Below, piece by piece: positions 58,759-64,000 of a stretch of 64,000 nt of DNA. The DNA comes from Acidimicrobiia bacterium (GTDB lineage: Bacteria > Actinomycetota > Acidimicrobiia > Acidimicrobiales > Bin134). The number at the start of each line of letters is the position of its first letter. Within the stretch, counting starts at the first letter, position 1. The translations under genes were made by a program, and so were the position numbers. The stretch is taken from positions 102,295 through 166,294 of the forward strand of contig VYEX01000062.1 of the NCBI GenBank assembly GCA_009842675.1, in the 5' to 3' direction. The notes beneath the pieces are model-generated. The model was not told the DNA's origin, did no database searches, and saw only the letters and a list, made by a program, of their open reading frames with translations.

Positions 58759-59913
58759 ATGGCCGACGCCTACATCATCGACGCAGTTCGCTCCCCTATG
58801 GGCCGCTTCGGCGGAGGACTTAGCCACCTGCACCCGGCCGACCTCGGCGCCAACATCTTGAGCGGTTTGATCGACCGTACCGGCGTGGACCCTGGTGCGG
58901 TGGACGACTGCATCATGGGCTGCGTGGGCCAGATCGGCGCCCAAGCGTTCAATGTGGCCCGCAACGCGTGGCTGTCGGCGGGCCTCCCCGAACACGTACC
59001 GGCGGTGAGCATCGATCGCCAGTGCGGCTCCTCGCAGCAGGCGGTGCATTTTGCCGCTCAAGGGGTTATGTCGGGCACCCAAGACCTAGTGGTAGCCGGC
59101 GGCGTGGAGGTGATGAGCCTCATCACCCTCAACAGCCAGGGCGACGTGGGCCCCGACCTGGGCATGCGCTATCCGTTCGACGGCGACGGCTGGGCCGAGC
59201 GCTTCGCCGACGAGGAGGTCCACCAGTTCCGAGGCGGCAACCTGATCGCCGAGCGCTGGGACGTCACCCTGGAGGACATGAACGGTCTGGCCCTGCGCAG
59301 CCACCAGAACGCGGCCCGGGCCTGGGAGGAAGGCCGGTTCGAGCGTGAGGTGCAGGCGGTTGGCGACTGCAGCCGCGACGAGGGCATCCGGCCCGACACC
59401 TCGATGGAGAAGATGGCTAAGTTGCGGCCGTTCTCCGAGCACGGGCCATTGACCGCGGCCAACTCCAGCCAGATCACCGACGGCTCGGCCGCGCTGCTCA
59501 TCGCCTCCGAGAAGGCGGTGGCCGAACACGGCCTCACTCCCCGGGCTCGAGTCCACACCATGGCGGTTGTGGGCAGCGATCCAGTGCTCATTCTCACCGG
59601 ACCCATCCCGGCCACGGCCAAGGTGCTGGAGCGCGCCGGTATGGGCCTGGACGACATCGACCTGTTCGAGTGCAACGAGGCCTTCGCCTCAGTGGTGCTC
59701 GCCTGGGCCAAGGAGACCGGCGTGGACATGGACAAGGTCAACGTGAACGGCGGGGCTATCGCCTTGGGCCATCCCCTGGGAGCCAGCGGGGCCCGCATCA
59801 TGACCACCCTGCTCAATGAGCTAGAGCGCTCTGGTGGCCGCTACGGACTCCAAACCATGTGCGAGGGCGGCGGCTTGGCCAACGCCACCATCATCGAGAA
59901 CCTGGCTGCGTAG
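58759..59913 (+). CDS. acetyl-CoA C-acyltransferase (thiolase)
   Basis: Contains IDRQCGSSQQA (active-site Cys), NVNGGAIALGHPLGASG and CEGGGLANA. Confidence 0.92.
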   Translation: MADAYIIDAVRSPMGRFGGGLSHLHPADLGANILSGLIDRTGVDPGAVDDCIMGCVGQIGAQAFNVARNAWLSAGLPEHVPAVSIDRQCGSSQQAVHFAAQGVMSGTQDLVVAGGVEVMSLITLNSQGDVGPDLGMRYPFDGDGWAERFADEEVHQFRGGNLIAERWDVTLEDMNGLALRSHQNAARAWEEGRFEREVQAVGDCSRDEGIRPDTSMEKMAKLRPFSEHGPLTAANSSQITDGSAALLIASEKAVAEHGLTPRARVHTMAVVGSDPVLILTGPIPATAKVLERAGMGLDDIDLFECNEAFASVVLAWAKETGVDMDKVNVNGGAIALGHPLGASGARIMTTLLNELERSGGRYGLQTMCEGGGLANATIIENLAA

Positions 59914-59957
59914 CCAAGAGAGCTCAAAGAGAGATCCCCGAGGAGACAGCGAAGACA

Positions 59958-60491
59958 ATGGGCATCCACATCGACCACATCTCATTGCTGGTAAAAGACC
60001 TAGTTCAGGCTGAAGAGGACTGGCGCCAGATCCTCGAAGTGCTGGCCCCCGGCCACACCATGAAGGTCACCCGAGGCGAAGGCGCCGACGACATGGACGG
60101 AACCCCCATGGCGTGGGTCACGTTCCAGAACCCCGACCCCACCGGCGTGTCCATTCAGCTGTGGTCGCCCGCAGAGCCCGGCCACTGGCCCGACAAAGTG
60201 TTGGCCAAGAAGGGCGAGTACGTCCACCACATTGCCTTCTGTTCTGACGACTTCGACACCATGATCGATGGGGTGCGCGACGCCGACATCCCGCTGGTGA
60301 TGGACGAACCCAGCAATCCCGACACCCAGCCGTGGCTCAAGTGGAACTTCATCCCCCCCGACAAGGCCCACGGCCCGCTGATCGAGTTGGCTACCCGCTA
60401 CCTGTCGGTGGGCGAAGAGTGGCTCCCCCATCCCGACAACGCCGAGAACCAGCCTTTAGCCGACGAGCTCCACGACCGTTTCGCCGGCTAG
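59958..60491 (+). CDS. VOC (glyoxalase/bleomycin resistance/dioxygenase) family protein
   Basis: Contains MGIHIDHISLLVKDL...VHHIAF. Start at ATG 59958, preceded by GAGGAG. The upstream part of ORF 59859.. overlaps the thiolase gene. Confidence 0.65.
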   Translation: MGIHIDHISLLVKDLVQAEEDWRQILEVLAPGHTMKVTRGEGADDMDGTPMAWVTFQNPDPTGVSIQLWSPAEPGHWPDKVLAKKGEYVHHIAFCSDDFDTMIDGVRDADIPLVMDEPSNPDTQPWLKWNFIPPDKAHGPLIELATRYLSVGEEWLPHPDNAENQPLADELHDRFAG

Positions 60492-60515
60492 CAGAATTCC
60501 CGCTGCGATCAAGCC

Positions 60516-61514
60516 ATGACCGACTCCCCGGTGGCCATCACCATGCCGGTGGAGGACGGGCTCTCCATTGGATGGCTCACCGATCTGGTGGTTGATGCCG
60601 AGCAAGCCGGCATCGACACCGCCCTAGTGGGCGAGGTAGCCGGTCCCGAGGTGTTTGCCACCCTGGGGGCCATGGCCGCCCGCACCGAGAGGATCAGGCT
60701 GGGCTCGGGCATCGTGGCCGCCTATACCCGCTCCCCCGCCCTCACCGCCATGGGGTTTGCCACTCTGGCGTCGCTGGCCCCAGGACGAATAGTCGCCGGC
60801 ATCGGGGCCAGCAGCCCCATCGTGGTGGGTCGCTGGCATGGCGGTGACTTCGAGCAGCCTCTGGCCACCGTGAGGGAGTTCATCGCGCTGCTGCGAGCCG
60901 CCCTAGCTGGCGAGAAGCTCAACCACGACGGGCCCCGGTTCCGTTCCAAGGGGTTCCGGATCGACCTGCCCCCGGTGGAGGTGCCCATATGGCTGGGGGC
61001 TATCAACCCCCGAATGCTGGCCGTGGCCGGGGAGATCGCGGATGCGGTCTTCATGACGTGGTGTCCGCCGTCGGAAGTAACTCCCAAACGCGAGATCGTC
61101 GATGCCGCGGCTGATGAAGCTGGACGCGAGCGGCAAGACGTCACCACCGTGCTGTCGTTTTGGGCTTATGCCGGCCCCGACCCTGAGCAAGCCCTGGAGC
61201 GGATGCGGCGTCAGGTGCTGGCCTACTCCATGGTTCCCACCCACCAGCCTGCTTTCGTCGGCACGTTCGAGAACTTGCCCGAAGTCGCCGAGGCCTGGCA
61301 GAAGGGCGACCGGGCCGCAGCCCTTTCCCTGGTTCCCGACGAGGCCGTGCTGGCCCAATGCGCCCTCGGGCCCGACATGCTGACTGAGCGAATTGACGCC
61401 TATAGGGCAGCCGGGGTCGACCTCCCCATTGTGCTGCTCACCGGCGCCCACGTCGGCGACGACGTCGGCCCACAGGCCACAGTGGACGCCCTGAGGGAGA
61501 TTGCCAACCCCTGA
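60516..61514 (+). CDS. LLM-class (luciferase-like) flavin/F420-dependent oxidoreductase
   Basis: 332 aa. LGSGIVAAYTRSPALTAMGFATLASLAPGRIVAGIGAS fits the LLM pattern. Confidence 0.75.
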   Translation: MTDSPVAITMPVEDGLSIGWLTDLVVDAEQAGIDTALVGEVAGPEVFATLGAMAARTERIRLGSGIVAAYTRSPALTAMGFATLASLAPGRIVAGIGASSPIVVGRWHGGDFEQPLATVREFIALLRAALAGEKLNHDGPRFRSKGFRIDLPPVEVPIWLGAINPRMLAVAGEIADAVFMTWCPPSEVTPKREIVDAAADEAGRERQDVTTVLSFWAYAGPDPEQALERMRRQVLAYSMVPTHQPAFVGTFENLPEVAEAWQKGDRAAALSLVPDEAVLAQCALGPDMLTERIDAYRAAGVDLPIVLLTGAHVGDDVGPQATVDALREIANP

Positions 61515-61567
61515 GGGGCCGCCTTCATAAAGTGCCGACCATCGACCCACGCTCTTAGTATCCCCCC

Positions 61568-62953
61568 ATGACCAAATGCGACGTTGTCGTCATCGGCGCT
61601 GGTGCGGCCGGGCTGAGCGCCGGAGCCCTTCTGGCCGCTGAAGGCAAATTGGTCACCCTTCTGGAACGCTCGCCATTCCTGGGGGGCCGTGCCCTGGCAG
61701 CTGACGACGATGGCTTCAAGGTGAACTTGGGCGGACACCTCATCGAAGACCCCGGGTCGGGCCTGACCAAGGTGTTCGAGCACGTCGGCAAAGAGCTCAT
61801 CCACGGCGAGGTGTCCCACGACATGCCGATCTGGGACAACGAAACTCAAACCTGGGGATCGATCCGCGACCGCTACCCCGACAAGACCGAGGTCAAGAAG
61901 GTCATCAAGGCCATCACCGAGAGCTCGTGGGATGAGCTGGAGGAGTGGGACGACCGGCCCATGCGGGAATGGCTGGCCCAGTACACCTCTGACCAGGGGG
62001 TCTACGACCTCTACGAGTTCATCGCCGTGCTTGAATGCATGACCGACGAATGGTACGACCACTCGGCCAGCGACAACCTGTGGGTGCGCAAGATGCACTA
62101 CGAGGAGCGGCACATGGCCGCCTACTCTTGCTGGCCCGGCCAGGGCTGGGACGGCATGTGGCAGGACCTGGCCGACGGCTTCACCGAGCACGGCGGCGAG
62201 CTGCGGATGCAGACCCCGGCCGGCCGCGTGCTGATCGAGAACGGCGCGGTGGTCGGCGTGTCCATCCCCCATGAGCCCAAGGTGCCCGTCGACTACGACG
62301 TCGGCGAGGTAATCGAGTGCGACGCGGTGATCTCCACGCTGCCGGTGTGGAACGTGTTCAACGTGGTGCCCGAGTGGGAGCTGCCCGAGTGGTACACCAG
62401 CCAGATCCGCTATCTGGCCCAAGACCAGTATCGGGTGACCATGCTCAACCTGTACTTCGCCACCGAGGAACCGGTGACCATGTTCGACCCCCGGGAGCTT
62501 GCCACCTGGCTGGCCACGCCCCACAGCCCGACGCCGGGCTACATGTACGACCAGGCGGCCATGGACCCCAACGGCATTCCCGATGGGCTCCACCTGTACT
62601 GCACCGGTGGCATTGTTCCCGGCTCCCGTGGGCGGGACCGGCGCTACATCGAGGACATGTACAACCGCCTCGAACAGGGTCTCTACGTGATGTATCCCGG
62701 CCTGGCCGAGCACGTGTGGAAGAGGCGCTTGTACGTGTTCGACCCGGCGTTCGGCGTGGCGCAGAAGCCCATGCTGGTGGGCAAGTTCCGACCTCATTGG
62801 CGAGCCCCCACCGTCGACGGCCTGTACTTCGCCAGCGAGACCTTCCGCAGCCGGGGAATCGGCACCGACCGGTCGGCCCGGGCCGCCCTCACCTGTGTTG
62901 AGGACATCTTGGGCCGCCGCATCCCCACCTTCGGCGACGGCTGGCGCTATTGA
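61568..62953 (+). CDS. NAD(P)/FAD-dependent oxidoreductase (phytoene desaturase/amine oxidase-like)
   Basis: N-terminal DVVVIGAGAAGLSAGALLAAEGKLVTLLERSPFLGGRA is the dinucleotide-binding motif of the CrtI-like family. Confidence 0.75.
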   Translation: MTKCDVVVIGAGAAGLSAGALLAAEGKLVTLLERSPFLGGRALAADDDGFKVNLGGHLIEDPGSGLTKVFEHVGKELIHGEVSHDMPIWDNETQTWGSIRDRYPDKTEVKKVIKAITESSWDELEEWDDRPMREWLAQYTSDQGVYDLYEFIAVLECMTDEWYDHSASDNLWVRKMHYEERHMAAYSCWPGQGWDGMWQDLADGFTEHGGELRMQTPAGRVLIENGAVVGVSIPHEPKVPVDYDVGEVIECDAVISTLPVWNVFNVVPEWELPEWYTSQIRYLAQDQYRVTMLNLYFATEEPVTMFDPRELATWLATPHSPTPGYMYDQAAMDPNGIPDGLHLYCTGGIVPGSRGRDRRYIEDMYNRLEQGLYVMYPGLAEHVWKRRLYVFDPAFGVAQKPMLVGKFRPHWRAPTVDGLYFASETFRSRGIGTDRSARAALTCVEDILGRRIPTFGDGWRY

Positions 62954-63002
62954 GCACGGCCAACTGACAGACTGATTGAGCAGAGCAAGGAGCGAATAGC
63001 AG

Positions 63003-64000
63003 ATGGAGTTCACCCTCACCGACGAGCAGACGATGTTCCAAGAGATGGTCCGCAACTGGGTCGAGAAGGAATGCCCCAAGGACGCGGCCCGCGACTACGA
63101 GGCCCAGGAGTTCGAGTACCCGTTCGAGCTGTGGGACAAGATGTCTGAGGCCGGGTTCCACGCCATCGGCCTGCCCCCCGAACTGGGTGGACAGGGCGGC
63201 GATGTGGTCACCCAGATGATCCTCACCCGAGAACTGGCCCGCTCGCTGGCCGGGCTGACCTGGATCTTCGGCATCTCCTCGTTTTGCGCCAAGTCGATCA
63301 ACAAGTTCGCCTCCGACGTGGCCCGCGAGGAGCTGATCCCCCAGTTGGCCGAAGGCAAGCTGCGGGTGGCCATCGCCGTCACCGAACCGTCGGGGGGCAC
63401 CGACCTCATGGGGGCCATGCGCACCCGGGCCACCAAGGTGGACGGCGGATATAGCATCACCGGCCAAAAAATCTGGTCTACCGCAGCTCACGTGTCCGAC
63501 TACCTGTTCTTGATGGCCCGCACCGAGGACATCGTCGACAAGCCGGCCCGAGGGGTGACGCTGTTCTTGGTGAAACAGCCTTCGGAGGGCCTGGAGTGCC
63601 GTCAGATCCCCAAGGTGGGCATGAAGTCGGTGGGGTCGTGCGAGGTGTTCCTCGACGACGTGTTCGTGCCCGACGAGTACGTGGTGGGCCAGCCCGGCCA
63701 GGGGTTCTACCAAATGCTGTCCACTCTCAACAATGAGCGGATCATGGTGGCCGCGTTGTGCACCGGCATCATCGACGGCTGCATCGAGGAGGCTATGAGT
63801 TATCTGATGGAGCGGGAGGCCTTCGGCAAGAAGATCGGCTCATTCCAGGTGTGGCACCAGAACTTGGCCGACATGGCCATGATGCAGAAGCAGGCCGAGC
63901 TGATGACCTACTACGCGGCCTGGAAGTCGGAGTCGGGCGAGGACTGCGGCCGGGAGGCCAACATGGCCAAGGTGGTGGCCTCGGAGTACGCCGGCAAGTG
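63003..64000 (+). CDS. acyl-CoA dehydrogenase, N-terminal about 332 aa (runs off the right edge)
   Basis: Own translation; the ORF is not in the track because it is open at the edge. It reads MEFTLTDEQTMFQEMVRNWVEKE...AIAVTEPSGGTDL...GQKIWST...REAFGKKIGSFQ. AAGGAG lies 8 nt upstream of the ATG. Confidence 0.88.
   Translation, partial: MEFTLTDEQTMFQEMVRNWVEKECPKDAARDYEAQEFEYPFELWDKMSEAGFHAIGLPPELGGQGGDVVTQMILTRELARSLAGLTWIFGISSFCAKSINKFASDVAREELIPQLAEGKLRVAIAVTEPSGGTDLMGAMRTRATKVDGGYSITGQKIWSTAAHVSDYLFLMARTEDIVDKPARGVTLFLVKQPSEGLECRQIPKVGMKSVGSCEVFLDDVFVPDEYVVGQPGQGFYQMLSTLNNERIMVAALCTGIIDGCIEEAMSYLMEREAFGKKIGSFQVWHQNLADMAMMQKQAELMTYYAAWKSESGEDCGREANMAKVVASEYAGK

Overview
High-GC (about 65-70% by eye), densely packed bacterial chromosome segment. 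Its gene content and style look actinobacterial, possibly Acidimicrobiia-like: F420/LLM enzymes, DUF3151, DUF2510, many GTG/TTG starts, and 4-nt ATGA/GTGA/TTGA stop-start overlaps. The taxon is an inference. I found no rRNA, tRNA, CRISPR array, transposase or phage genes.

Content is core and peripheral metabolism:
- rnd (partial), rhodanese, mobA, flavin reductase, DUF3151, pyk
- gltBD
- M18 aminopeptidase
- trkA-trkH-trkH
- 5-formyl-THF cyclo-ligase
- membrane pyrophosphatase hppA
- a long run of catabolic enzymes: Zn-ADHs, three amidohydrolase_2 paralogues, BKACE, MaoC, FAH, an OYE/dienoyl-CoA-reductase-like enzyme, thiolase and ACAD
- an ABC-2 exporter
- an ECF sigma factor with a membrane-anchored Asp-box propeller partner
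- xylAB
- a one-carbon block fhs / formate dehydrogenase / folD

Main observations:
1. Two genes that the ORF track splits at in-frame TGA codons look like selenoproteins. One is the formate dehydrogenase catalytic subunit, with a classic ...CNRT-U-HAPSV... context. The other is an orphan GrdB/PrdB-family 'selenoprotein B'-like gene with a U-x-x-C motif, lying downstream of xylAB. Both have a hairpin presenting a loop GU about 22-24 nt after the UGA.
2. The FDH alpha subunit is split. Its N-terminal Fe-S module is encoded after the NuoE/F-like gene, which amounts to an operon-level circular permutation.
3. A roughly 280-nt GNRA-rich structured RNA with its own sigma-70-like promoter and a terminator-like end lies at 5.43-5.75 kb. 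I could not assign it to a known family.

Smaller oddities are diverged or short duplications of gene termini at trkA and at the dienoyl-CoA-reductase-like gene. The latter creates an 8-codon uORF.

All protein calls rest on motif recognition from the supplied translations. No database search was possible.
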